A stretch of 64,000 nucleotides of DNA. Origin: Candidatus Woesearchaeota archaeon (GTDB lineage Archaea; Nanobdellota; Nanobdellia; Woesearchaeales; UBA525). Location of the stretch: NCBI GenBank assembly GCA_028818155.1, contig JAPPOH010000005.1:29943-93942 (forward strand), written 5' to 3'. Positions 34,001 to 41,705 of the stretch are shown in pieces (the first letter of the stretch is position 1; each line of letters begins with the position of its first letter). The position numbers and the translations under genes are program-made. Under the pieces are notes generated by a model, which saw only the letters and a program-made list of their open reading frames with translations, ran no database searches and had not been told where the DNA came from.

Positions 34001-37000
34001 GGTTTCCAACGATGAGGATGTGGAGATCACCGTCATCAAGAATATCATCGACGCCTTGTAATTCGAGTTCAATGTACATATCTGCAGCTATCGTGTTGTT
34101 CGCTTCATGTATTCGAGTGTATGAGTTACTCGTGTGGTTGAATACGTAAATATAGAATGTATCTGCTGTCTGGAATGTTTGCTGTGTAACATACCCTTCG
34201 TAGAAGAAGAGGATTTCTTCTATATCGATCGGCGATTCAGTCACTTCAAATCGGAAGCTCTGATAGACGGACTCTCCAGTATCTGTTGTTGTTGTCGTCG
34301 CAAGTCGAACGTTATTCGACGTTGTGACAGATGAGTAACTCGAGGTTGATATTTCTGTTTCTCGAACGGGGGTACTTGTCGGCAGCAAACTTCCGTTTGC
34401 ACCATCATATAACGCATGTATGTTACTTGGATGCGTGATACCTGTGTATGTGTACGTGCTCACCACATCAGCAGGTTCGATAAATTCAATGAGTGGCTCA
34501 TGTGTCATTCGCTGCCACTCGAATTCAATGTACGCTCCAGGACTTGTCGCTGTGCCATCATTTTCAAAGTCACCACATCCAACATCTGTGAATGCCCGCC
34601 CTGTCCAGAGTGCACACGAGAGTGTGTCATCTTCTCCCTGATCATATACAAAGATTTCATCATTTCCAGGACTGCTCGATGTGATAACATGTCCAACATC
34701 TCCTCCGCCTGGTTGTCCAATAGGATTTCCTTCACCCCAATCACTAAACGACCATGAATTTGAGCTAATCGTGTAGAAGCCACCTTCAGGGAAGTCTTCA
34801 TTCGCATCAACCCACACATATACGATCTGGTCACCTGATTTTTCAATGGCACAGCTTGTTGAATGCAGGGCTGCTGTTCCTTCGTTCCCACCACATTCAC
34901 TTGCAGTATCTTGTACGGGTGTTTCCGAGGATAGTGCTTTCGAGAATGCACTGCCATCCCAGTAGCCACCATCACGATCAGCATCCTGATCACACGTCAT
35001 AACACCGATGTAATCGTGTGCAAACGACCCTGTCGATGGTGATTCTCCACACAAATGCACCTCTCGGGCTTCAGCACCAAGACCATCGTAGATGTTGCCA
35101 AGATGCGTCCACGCATTTGTGCTTGGCTGGAATCGCCATGCATAGAGATCGTCTGAGTTATTCCCGTATGCGAAGAGCATTTCTCCAGAATTTCCTTCCC
35201 ATGCACATGAGAACTGCTTTCTGTCATCTCCATCAGCTTCTAATGTAACGTTGATCGTATGGTTAAACACATTGTTGTCTCCATCCCACACGGTTGCGTA
35301 AATATCACCTGTTCCCGCATCATTTTGTATGCCCATGCCGATGAGGTTAGTGTCCTTTTGTGCACAAAGCTCAAGCCATCTGAAGTCGTTGTTCGGCGCT
35401 CCACTGATACTGTATGTCTGCTCTGTACTGAGATTATCTCCATTCCACAATCTGTAAGCGAAATCCCCATCAAGCCCATTTGCTGTCTCATACACGACGA
35501 GACAATCTTCACTGACGAGATCTTCACATGCGACATCGAAACTACGCTGCACATCCAAGCCCCGATTCGGCTCTACTTGTGTGATATTATGCCACACTCT
35601 GTTCACGATGTCGAATACCGCAAAATCAATAGAGTTATCGACTTCTTGAATCATAGCATAGCACTCGGGCCGCCGTTGAGCACAAACAAATCGATACCAT
35701 GAGATATTGCTTCCAAGTGCGCCAAAGATGTTTTCTTCTTCGCCAAGTACACCGGTCCAATTCCTCTGTAGCGGATTCTCTGGATCAGTGAGGTTTGCGT
35801 ACAGGAGTATTCCAACTTCACCAAACTTCGGTAGTTCAAGATCATTGAACTCTGATGGGGCGTTGACAGTGAATGCACGTTGTTCACTCGTATTCTTATT
35901 CGCACGATTATCAGTGCACGTGACATTCCACGTGTGTGCTCCGTTCGCAACTTCAACAGATCTAGTCGTTGCAGTGCCATTGGGAGAGGGGATGTTTCCG
36001 AGACGAATAGCACCATCAACGATAAGATCACACGCAAGCTCAGGATCTGTATTGTCCGTTGCAGTCCAGTTGAATGTGATCAATGAGACAGCAAAGCTTT
36101 CTGACACGAGCGGTGCGTTGAGGACGATAGTGGGCTCCTCTTCATCAACAATACAGGTGCCACCCCACTCCCCTCCGTCTTGGTAGAACCCTTTCCAGAC
36201 AAGATCCCCAGAGCTGTTTGTGAATGCTACTACAAAGGAACCCTCACAGATGCCAAAGCCAAGCTGCGTGTCGGCGCCAATCGCATCATGTAGGAGGTAT
36301 GTCGCATCAGGCTCACTTGTAATGTTGAATGGTCCTGCCACATAGCTGCCGTTATTATCGAAGACTGAGGCTTTGATGCTGTTATCTGCTCGGTCTTGCC
36401 AGACGACAGCGATATTGCTCGTCCCTTGGAACTCAACTTCTGCGGCAGCAACTCTCGTTTCAGTCCCTAAGTCAGTGTCAACTGCAGCAGAGCCGATTGT
36501 TGTGAACGTATCACCTCCAACATCAAGCACAGTGAGATTGACGTGGTTGACGGCACTGTCGAAGTACACAATACCAACGCGTTCTCCTCCAATGTGTGCA
36601 ATCGCAACCTGTCCTGTTTCACCAATATTCGTGTCAATATCAGTTATGTTGTTGATGATGCTCGCACCTGTGTTTGGAATGATTCTTGCGCTCAAGTCAT
36701 TCTGACTGTCATCGAACCATGCTGTTACGGCGCGCGTGCTGTTCGTTGTTGTACAATCGACAAGGTTCTGGAGTGTTTGTGCAGGCGCAATGTTTCCATC
36801 AATGTTGAACTCACTCACACTCAACGTGCCATCATTCGTGTAGATCTCTCCATCATAGTCGTTATTCAAATCTTCTCCATACGCGACAATGAACTCTGCA
36901 CCGTACTGGCAGACGCCCATGTCTGTGAAGATATTTACATCTGCGTCAACCTGTGTTTGTCCCACCACCGCAGAGCCATTTTCGTGATAGATGTAGAAGT

Positions 37001-40000
37001 CAACATCTTCTTCAGGACCATCATTCACGATGACAACGAAATGTGTTTCATTGATCGGTGCCGCTGCGATGCGACTGGAATCGTCAACAGTTGTATCGAT
37101 ATCAACTTCTGGCACGAGGAGTGTTCCATTTGCGTCCCAAACTTCAAATGATGTGTGATTACTATCAACATCAACCCACGTCACAATAATCGTTGTGTTA
37201 TCGAGTGCCGCGAGTGCTACATCTTGTCCCTGGCTGGCATCGACGTATCCGGTAGGCACATCAACTGTGACGAACCGCGTTTCACTCGTGTTTACGTTGC
37301 CAAATGTATCTTGACACGTGACGTTCCAAATATACAAGCCATCTGACAGAATGAGCGATTTGTTTGCCGCTACACCTGCGCTCGATCCAATTGTGGCTTC
37401 CACATTGCCATTTATGGTCAAGTTACAACTAAGGAACACTGCCTGATCGTCATCAGCTGTCCAATTGAAATCAGTGAGTGATGTGGGTACTGTCGAATCG
37501 TTCGCTGGGGAATTTAGTGTGATGTTTGGTGCGATGTCATCAAACCCACAGAAGCCATCCCATGTACTTCCATTCACGAGGAAGAGTTTTCGCTCACCAA
37601 CGGCAGAGCTATTCGTGAATGATACAACGAATGTCCCATTGCAGAGCCCAGCTTCGTGCTGGGAATTGTATCCTGCAACACCGTGCAATCTGTACGTATC
37701 ATTGATATTTGTGCTAATGTTAAAGGCCGGTGTGATGAGCGTTCCTGTTCTGTTGTACACAACAGCCTCAATGACATCTTCTCCTTGATCATACCATGTC
37801 AGCACGAACATGCTTTCATTGTCTGCTTCAATTTCTGCAACATCTAATCGCACTTGCGAAGTAACAGACGTGTCAATGTTAACAGGGCCAACAGCCGCTG
37901 AGATGGAATCTGCGGATGTATCGACGACAAGCATTTTCACAGTGCTCTCTGGAGAATCATAATAGAACATTGCTATGTCTTCGTCTCGTAACCCTGCGAG
38001 TGCCATCTGTGATGTGCCACCAACATCAAGATCTGCTCCTGATGGCCCTGCAACGATAGATCCTGTTTCATCGTAGAGTGCTGCTGTGAGGTCGTCTGTC
38101 GCGTCATCAAACCAGCTCACGAACCACCTCGTGTCGCTCACCGGCACAACGGAAACGAGATTCTGTAAGTTTTGGTCAGGCGCGACGTTATCGTCAATAT
38201 CGAATTCAGTAGCTTCAACACTGCCGTTGAGATAGTGGATCATGCCGTGAAGATCATCGCCGCTCGTGTCATCGACCCACGCAGAAACGATTCGATTTTG
38301 AATGTATGCTGATGACACGTCAACATTTACGCCCGCATCCGTATCAAGAATGAATGGCGCACCGATCGTACCTTGTTCAAATGCGCCCCAGTACACGAGC
38401 TCACCTGTGTGCGTGTCACAATCATCATTCCCGTCTTGTTCACAGTAGCGGAAGTCCATGCCACCAGCGACAACATTTCGGGCCCACGGATATTGTGGAT
38501 CTTGTCCACCGTCATCATCGTTTTGTGTCACCATGACAATAGGGTCTGCAAAGGTCGGTGTGAATGTTGCTGCTGTCCAGTCAGAGTTGCTGATGTCGGC
38601 ACTTCCTGATTGGAAGCCACCTATTTTGTGATTTCCCGTGTCAATCGCAATCCAACCAACAGTTTCAGTGGAGTCTCCTCCTGTACAGGTATCTCCTGTG
38701 TCTTCATGGACACAGCCAAGAACAGTCGTATGACTTGCGTTTGTATCCGCTCCCTCAATCCATGTGTTCATCGCCATTTCACCAGCAGTTTGCGTGTATG
38801 TTTGTGGTGTCGCGAAGACAAAGGGTGTTCCTGAGAGTGTTTTGCCAAAGGAAACGGCATTATCTGCCCCATTGTGATTTATCCCAGCGGTTGTTCCTGC
38901 AGCGATCCAGTCATATGCTGTGATCGCATCTGGGTCAACGACGACGTAGTGGACCGTTTCAAGATCTGTGTCAGTGTCACACGTTGTTGCGGCGTTGTCT
39001 CGACAGAGACTGACGTTGAATCCTGTGCTCGTTACATCTTTTACGACAGGAACGAAGCCGTTATTGTCATCGGCTGCTGCTGCGTTTTGGCTTGCAGGTG
39101 TTGCAATCACAACAGGCGCATTCGAGTATGTGTTTGCGAACGTGATGTATTGGAAATTAAAGTCTTCAACTTGTGTGCTCCCTGCTTCGCCTATTGGTCG
39201 GTAGGTGTGGTGTCCGCTTTTATTGTAGACGTAGATGTAGTTTGTATCATCATCTGCGTCATAGAGATTGATCAAGAAGTGTGTCGTGTTGATTGTCGCT
39301 GCATCAATGCGTCCCCAGTTTGACGATCCATCTTGCACATCGGTATCAATGTCAATTGCTCCATACAGATCTGTCTCATTTGTGTGTATAATTCTGAAAC
39401 TTGCATCCTGACTTGTCTCTTCTATGTATGCAACAACGTAGAGATCTTCATCTAGTGCTGTGACGTCTGATTCGACGACAGGCTCATCGGAAAACTCTGG
39501 GTCGATTGCCAAGTACCATGGTCGTGCTTCGGTAATTGTTGTTGTGTCGTACGCGACTTTCGATTGTCCAAGTTGGTAGAGTTCTGGGGTGATTTTCGGG
39601 ATTGTTGCTGTGTAGCTCACTGTGGAGCCGTTGCTGAGGTTATTCCACGTAAGGAAAATGTTCGTCGTATCTTGTGTTTGCGTTGCTGTGCTTGTGATGT
39701 TTGTGAAGTTGATGGGCAAGACTTCTGTATAGTTGAACGCACCGCTATGGTTGAATGACGTGACTGTTACAGACACAGCGAGCAGCTCTTTGAATGGATC
39801 TATCGTCACGGGCGCATTCCTGATGATGTCGAACGGATAGTGTTCCTGCACGAGGAAGAAGGAGAGCATGCTCTGGTTCACATTCACATCGTGTGCTTCC
39901 ACGAAGAGATCGTATGTTCCTTCTTGTTCTGGTGTGTATATCGCTTCGTACACTCCATCAGATGTCTCTATGATCGTTGTGATATTCGTCGTTATGTTAT

Positions 40001-41225
40001 TCGGGTCTGTGACAAGCAGTTGTATATCTGCGTTACTCACGAGGAATCCGTTGTTGTCGAGCACAACCATGACGATTTCTGCTGTCTCATTCGGGCGATA
40101 GATGGGCTTTCTTGTGTTGACTGTGGCAACGCCTGTCTCTGCGTAGCCAGGATCGCCAGGGTAGAGGAGAATATCGTACTGTTCTCCTGGCCTGAGGTAC
40201 TTGTGCAATTCCCATGTGCCGAAGCATGTTTGTGTGGTGAAGTTCCATTTTGCACACTTCCAGAGTTGGCTTCCTTGTGCCGTACTCGTCGCTGTTGCAT
40301 TACTGAAGTTCAAATTGTCAAGGTTAATCGCGTATGCTTTGAGTACAGGATCGCCGTTGATCTCAACGCTTTCTTTCGGGAGATCATCAATGCCAATTTC
40401 AATCGTTTCCTGCGGTACACAGTCGTGAATATCTAGCTTTTGTACTGCTCTACTGTCTGGCGTGACGTGGACTTCGTATGAGTTGTTGCTGTTTTTCTCA
40501 AACTTGACAGCTGCGTATCGTCCTTGCCCTTCATTATTCACAACGCCGAAGGTAAAGAGGCCATGCTCATTTTCAAACTCTTGTGCCGGAACGTCAACAA
40601 TGAGTGCAGGTTCTGGTTCTTCTATCTCATCACCGGGCTCTGGTTCGTCAGGTGTTGGTTGTGGAAGGAGTGCTGGTTGGACGGTGAATGCATGTCTCCC
40701 TACGACGGCACCATTCTCGGAGATGATGATTTCGTGCAAGCCTGGATACTTTGGCACGAACGGTGAATCTCGCCATGGGCCGAAGTATTTGAACAAGCCA
40801 CCAGGGCCGTTGATGATGATCTTGATATCTTGTGTTGGGGGTGGTGTGATGGATATGTGGACGTTTTGCTCTGCTCTCGGTTCTTCGCTGATGGTGATTG
40901 TCCTTGTCTTATTCGTCTCGTTCGCTTCTTGGACGGTGAATATGTCTTGGTGCACAACCTGTCCTGAGCTGTCGATGAGTTGGACGGTGTATTCGCCCGG
41001 TGTTTTCGGCACGAATGGAACAACCTCCCCTGGTTCATCTAGGAGCCTGTACTTTGCTTCCGGCGCGAAGATCATGATACGTGAGCTGTCGTTTGTTGTG
41101 TTGATGAGGACGGGTTCTCCAACGTTGTAGAGTGTTTTGTCTGTGATTGCTATTGTGAGTGGAAGGATTACTAAGAGTGCTACAATGAAGGCGTACTTGG
41201 CTGTGGTGGATTGTCCTCTAGCCAT
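25047..41225 (-). CDS. Giant secreted adhesin-like protein (~5392 aa)
   Basis: 16.2-kb ORF. Start placed at ATG 41225 (MARGQSTTAKYAFIVALLVILPLTIA) after a GAGGTGG RBS. MG2-like, propeller-like, more than 20 Ig repeats, two lectin cassettes, DUF2341-like and two CARDB-like domains. Confidence 0.93.
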   Translation of the reverse strand: MARGQSTTAKYAFIVALLVILPLTIAITDKTLYNVGEPVLINTTNDSSRIMIFAPEAKYRLLDEPGEVVPFVPKTPGEYTVQLIDSSGQVVHQDIFTVQEANETNKTRTITISEEPRAEQNVHISITPPPTQDIKIIINGPGGLFKYFGPWRDSPFVPKYPGLHEIIISENGAVVGRHAFTVQPALLPQPTPDEPEPGDEIEEPEPALIVDVPAQEFENEHGLFTFGVVNNEGQGRYAAVKFEKNSNNSYEVHVTPDSRAVQKLDIHDCVPQETIEIGIDDLPKESVEINGDPVLKAYAINLDNLNFSNATATSTAQGSQLWKCAKWNFTTQTCFGTWELHKYLRPGEQYDILLYPGDPGYAETGVATVNTRKPIYRPNETAEIVMVVLDNNGFLVSNADIQLLVTDPNNITTNITTIIETSDGVYEAIYTPEQEGTYDLFVEAHDVNVNQSMLSFFLVQEHYPFDIIRNAPVTIDPFKELLAVSVTVTSFNHSGAFNYTEVLPINFTNITSTATQTQDTTNIFLTWNNLSNGSTVSYTATIPKITPELYQLGQSKVAYDTTTITEARPWYLAIDPEFSDEPVVESDVTALDEDLYVVAYIEETSQDASFRIIHTNETDLYGAIDIDTDVQDGSSNWGRIDAATINTTHFLINLYDADDDTNYIYVYNKSGHHTYRPIGEAGSTQVEDFNFQYITFANTYSNAPVVIATPASQNAAAADDNNGFVPVVKDVTSTGFNVSLCRDNAATTCDTDTDLETVHYVVVDPDAITAYDWIAAGTTAGINHNGADNAVSFGKTLSGTPFVFATPQTYTQTAGEMAMNTWIEGADTNASHTTVLGCVHEDTGDTCTGGDSTETVGWIAIDTGNHKIGGFQSGSADISNSDWTAATFTPTFADPIVMVTQNDDDGGQDPQYPWARNVVAGGMDFRYCEQDGNDDCDTHTGELVYWGAFEQGTIGAPFILDTDAGVNVDVSSAYIQNRIVSAWVDDTSGDDLHGMIHYLNGSVEATEFDIDDNVAPDQNLQNLVSVVPVSDTRWFVSWFDDATDDLTAALYDETGSIVAGPSGADLDVGGTSQMALAGLRDEDIAMFYYDSPESTVKMLVVDTSADSISAAVGPVNIDTSVTSQVRLDVAEIEADNESMFVLTWYDQGEDVIEAVVYNRTGTLITPAFNISTNINDTYRLHGVAGYNSQHEAGLCNGTFVVSFTNSSAVGERKLFLVNGSTWDGFCGFDDIAPNITLNSPANDSTVPTSLTDFNWTADDDQAVFLSCNLTINGNVEATIGSSAGVAANKSLILSDGLYIWNVTCQDTFGNVNTSETRFVTVDVPTGYVDASQGQDVALAALDNTTIIVTWVDVDSNHTSFEVWDANGTLLVPEVDIDTTVDDSSRIAAAPINETHFVVIVNDGPEEDVDFYIYHENGSAVVGQTQVDADVNIFTDMGVCQYGAEFIVAYGEDLNNDYDGEIYTNDGTLSVSEFNIDGNIAPAQTLQNLVDCTTTNSTRAVTAWFDDSQNDLSARIIPNTGASIINNITDIDTNIGETGQVAIAHIGGERVGIVYFDSAVNHVNLTVLDVGGDTFTTIGSAAVDTDLGTETRVAAAEVEFQGTSNIAVVWQDRADNSIKASVFDNNGSYVAGPFNITSEPDATYLLHDAIGADTQLGFGICEGSFVVAFTNSSGDLVWKGFYQDGGEWGGTCIVDEEEPTIVLNAPLVSESFAVSLITFNWTATDNTDPELACDLIVDGAIRLGNIPSPNGTATTRSVEVANGAHTWNVTCTDNRANKNTSEQRAFTVNAPSEFNDLELPKFGEVGILLYANLTDPENPLQRNWTGVLGEEENIFGALGSNISWYRFVCAQRRPECYAMIQEVDNSIDFAVFDIVNRVWHNITQVEPNRGLDVQRSFDVACEDLVSEDCLVVYETANGLDGDFAYRLWNGDNLSTEQTYSISGAPNNDFRWLELCAQKDTNLIGMGIQNDAGTGDIYATVWDGDNNVFNHTINVTLEADGDDRKQFSCAWEGNSGEMLFAYGNNSDDLYAWRFQPSTNAWTHLGNIYDGLGAEAREVHLCGESPSTGSFAHDYIGVMTCDQDADRDGGYWDGSAFSKALSSETPVQDTASECGGNEGTAALHSTSCAIEKSGDQIVYVWVDANEDFPEGGFYTISSNSWSFSDWGEGNPIGQPGGGDVGHVITSSSPGNDEIFVYDQGEDDTLSCALWTGRAFTDVGCGDFENDGTATSPGAYIEFEWQRMTHEPLIEFIEPADVVSTYTYTGITHPSNIHALYDGANGSLLPTSTPVRETEISTSSYSSVTTSNNVRLATTTTTDTGESVYQSFRFEVTESPIDIEEILFFYEGYVTQQTFQTADTFYIYVFNHTSNSYTRIHEANNTIAADMYIELELQGVDDILDDGDLHILIVGNQTTAAGIDARADIFTDYVEVRTRMRPNIRLTQLSNISAEDDNGVDVCDYYYHNDTIGIGPEGTLKANATSFYNSSDTTVAANALYNLTAECNDTFGAENNETIDVRIDNVAPSIALDTPGNNTSPPTSNVTFGWNGTDDFTGTLICNLTIDDILNVSNVAADVGGQANVTVFSVPDGTHNWSVTCIDQAGNSATSETFYFTQNTGPPTVTLNAPAANAFLNESTVLFNYTPVDPIGIGNCTLILDGVANETNTSVTANQPNFFNITGISNGVHLWSVNCTDLGGFEGSSSTRNFTVDTIGPLALLNTTDGITFTEGVASLNFTVFDNLDTELLCNITINGVVEDSNIPSPARAYDKSCDETIGEAGAVQVEDFQFAYITYNRTYTSTPVVIATPASQNAGAAEDDNGFVAVVKDVTTTGFNVSLCSDNGATTCDTTTELEDVHYVVIDVDAIAGYDWIAAGTSTGIQGNGVEQTMSFGKTLSGVPHVWGTMQTYTQNAGEMAMGFWFDDADTTTSQTGLTGCVHEGIANDCTGSDATETIGWVAITPDEQIVGYQNSSAAIASSTWTAATFTPAYTTPIVMVAQNDDAGGQDTQYRWARSVVAGGMDFRYCEQDAADTCDTHAAELMVWGAFEEGNVSGPPPDGCAEVMINRNLTLPDGLHFWNVTCVDEAGNYNISETRNFTIVGPPFIELQVPVNGTTQSGNTVNFTYYVQDGDGIGNCSLIIDDVVNRSNTTGLTVPGNNSFIVNNMATGVHTWTVNCTDNLGENGTAYNGPYTINIDGIPPFINLSLPLNDTTALIPAINFNFTPIDDFSANMTCNLTIDGVVDSGNLNFNAPNNTLTNRVQTLGNGIHEWNVTCSDASGNVNTSETRFVTVNITLPVNISVVTDKSNYQQGEIVNITVTVFNSSWAQLNTNVTTDIIYTNASTTGAPWWNTSWGRRIAIDLNETTNSPRYGEVVLVNISNLDGYNTDCDTELRIVEFKNNVTVELPRTIVDGNGTHYCEVFFAANITANAFDQDRYFAYFNNTGASGSPANATVASRGNVQRGTVDGTGADFIVELPTPVTVANSFLLFTANSADTSPDGNRFTGNITNSTHLHFSRYLGTAAANISWQVIEHEDITMQQGNNTLTSGTLTTTADIAEVDVTKSFIVVSASGDSTSTSLNNIAFVRGHFVNSTQIEFERLTGGAESNVAWQVVTWEGTRVQNGTATMDAGDTIETVVINAFNDTRSFIIMSRTIANDTGLDENHVRAEFVGSDRVSFERSVGANGVAMIDWFMVEMPRRTVTQVDDSAFSTDTSVAINEVVLNRTFHISTWESTGGGTTYTNAMLIATLTNGTNLSYDKQTASNTNTVTTFVVELSNYSSIEAILTGHQIHLQQDINESGVGGNFTNLWNSSGRDFGNYSAVGRAVADPDSLGVDHAIFGIASDIFPPEVTILAPPNNTIDDVTDITFVYTANDLGTTIANCSLLLNGEINQTNTTITEMVNQSFLIENMGEGDYSWTVQCTDTVGNIGNATNGPFRLIIDETDPVVTAIDPDGTVHSSNDILFNFTVADNVDLLLFCNISVDEGTYWNTTTAVNGSVTTGAVSGIGDGFHYWNVTCYDDNNNTGISNTLNFTNDAAPLVVLTTPVDGYGTPVGNISFNYTVVESSLSNCSLIIDGIVNQTKNSSEIPNQDGDDPNEFNLTGIPEGVHNWTVTCVDTNGFSGSGSPVREFHVDSGTPTVTLNAPANNATFFVTTVDFNFTAIDNIDPVLDCNVTVNGDVNITTTADNGTATVVTGSGFTAGNYSWNVTCIDNTGFVNTSETLNFSVSPDVNVILNSPDDNASDSDGDVTFIYTPQSVADFDSGGFCELIIDGSNNQTDGTITNNAENNFTLESLNEGSYTWQVNCTDNDVVRGASEIRTIYIDFTNPTVQPHHPNGTTFAVSTILFNWTAIDNIDPTLSCNVSLDSVLVAGDIDSPNGSVANTTISSINDSLHLWEVSCTDDSGRIGASDTFNFTVNEPPKVVLDAPSNGTRAAVTSFMLNYTPTDNSENIGNCTLIVNGLNNQTNTTVSHNVTNDFNLTALAHGEYNWTVSCIDLSSNEGINDTNYTFYVDLFGPTIILNLPLDLETLNSNNVTFNWTPIDHPGSTVNCSLFVTNASNNITVTGITGTANTDFNTTVAGLADGSHDWNVTCSDDLGNTNNSLTQSFVINQPDLVLNETSRINFNETNPDLGETINITANVSNIGGTGANDVLVQFWDGLPSAGGTLIGNDTQTVAFNSSTIFSVSWNITFGYHEIFVSADPDGLIGELVENNNNASRNISLLFANITQPLENNITADTTPQIDFNISDFTGGNLSYVIYVDDTANGQVGVVQDLQNNSLNITALADGVHTIIVQANDTLQRFKNSTPLTIRIDTTAPNVTFLTQNDSWYAVTNVTIEFNITDVFSANLNYTFYLDGTLNHTNTTTNNTRNTVNLSNLAEGQHTVTVEAEDELGNIDNSTVLTFYVDLTPPVPNTTTANNTWFNTLTPGIDFNITDNLDPILNYTIYVDGVANTNGTSTNGVEATATLNAITEGNHTIIVQALDEAGHVVNDTEIVIYVDVTPPNVTLLTPLNDTNLSSTSVTLNFTVSDNLGTPLICNLTLDDVVVSVNVSVTNGSFHNFTVNDLNSGYHFWNATCIDNATNAGISETWQFFVELSDLEINAGNITFSNSTPIENQTVEVNATVFNIGNLNATNITVQFFLGDPDLGGVQINGNATIASLGIGENTTVSMNHSAVIGLNRIYVLVDPPLATNGSIAEENESNNEAFRDFNVGHFEIFAGTSGNELKISDASIISAFKWNQTNVTGSNVFVADTDSSLIFTSLQAIGRNTTNGTDTGNDDFEEIDQQLNATSLNDSVNLTWTSGGAPVASITLQSFKRTITDIPVVNSTNTSSFVTGILWDTSDGGSAYNTSQDIVFVTIMNESQAGQYGIYDYEIKIPATLRDYILGGGSVSFYTELR
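32067..32930 (-). repeat. Lectin-like cassette copy B (288 codons, Cys to Cys)
   Basis: Same length as copy A and shares long identical runs with it, such as ACGTTGAATCCTGTGGTTGTTACATCTTTCACGACAG. Confidence 0.9.
38361..39194 (-). repeat. Lectin-like cassette copy C
   Basis: IGEAGSTQV...WGAFEQGTIG aligns by eye with copies A and B, but lacks the flanking Cys pair. Confidence 0.88.
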
Positions 41226-41697
41226 GTTTCCACCTCTTGATGATCGTTGGATAGAATGTGTGTCCATGGATTAAGCGTCCTGGTTTCGCGAAAAAGTCAC
41301 TTCTCAGGAATTCCTTGACGGTGAGCCAGCGTGCATTGACCGCTTCTGATCTTGTGAAGTCCTTTGTGATGATTAAGAGGCCGTCTGGTCGTTCGAACGC
41401 CAATTTAATGTTGTATTCTTTGGCGTGCTTCTCTATCCATTCGTGTTTTTTGTTGTCTGTGTGGACTAAAGAAAGAAGGAGTAATGCTGCGTTGTTGTTT
41501 AGATTGATGCGGCAGTTGTGGCTGTGGCCGATTGTCTCTTTTGTGAGGATGTTGTCGTTGAGAAGTTTTGTTGCAGTTTTGTGTGTGTTCGCGTATGCGG
41601 TGCCGGTATTTTGTGCGAGTTGTCGTATTGTGTATGCTGCGCGCAAGTCGTGTGCAAATACTGCTATCAGTCTCAGTGTCAGTTTTGTTACTTGCAT
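41218..41697 (-). CDS. Winged-helix transcription regulator with a degenerate nucleotidyltransferase-like C-terminus
   Basis: 'YTIRQLAQNTGTAYANTHKTATKLLNDNILTKETIGHSHNCRIN' HTH plus wing. The C-terminal part lacks the GS..DxD motif. Overlaps the start of the giant gene. Confidence 0.75.
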   Translation of the reverse strand: MQVTKLTLRLIAVFAHDLRAAYTIRQLAQNTGTAYANTHKTATKLLNDNILTKETIGHSHNCRINLNNNAALLLLSLVHTDNKKHEWIEKHAKEYNIKLAFERPDGLLIITKDFTRSEAVNARWLTVKEFLRSDFFAKPGRLIHGHTFYPTIIKRWKHG

Positions 41698-41705
41698 TCG
41701 CTGCC

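Noticed and set aside
20494..39194. Diversity-generating retroelement TR/VR pair
   Set aside because: All repeat copies are long and coding, differences do not appear restricted to adenines, and no reverse transcriptase is in the window.
1904..41130. Many plus-strand ORFs of 60-260 aa over the giant genes
   Set aside because: Antisense shadows of long coding frames, with no motifs or expression signals.
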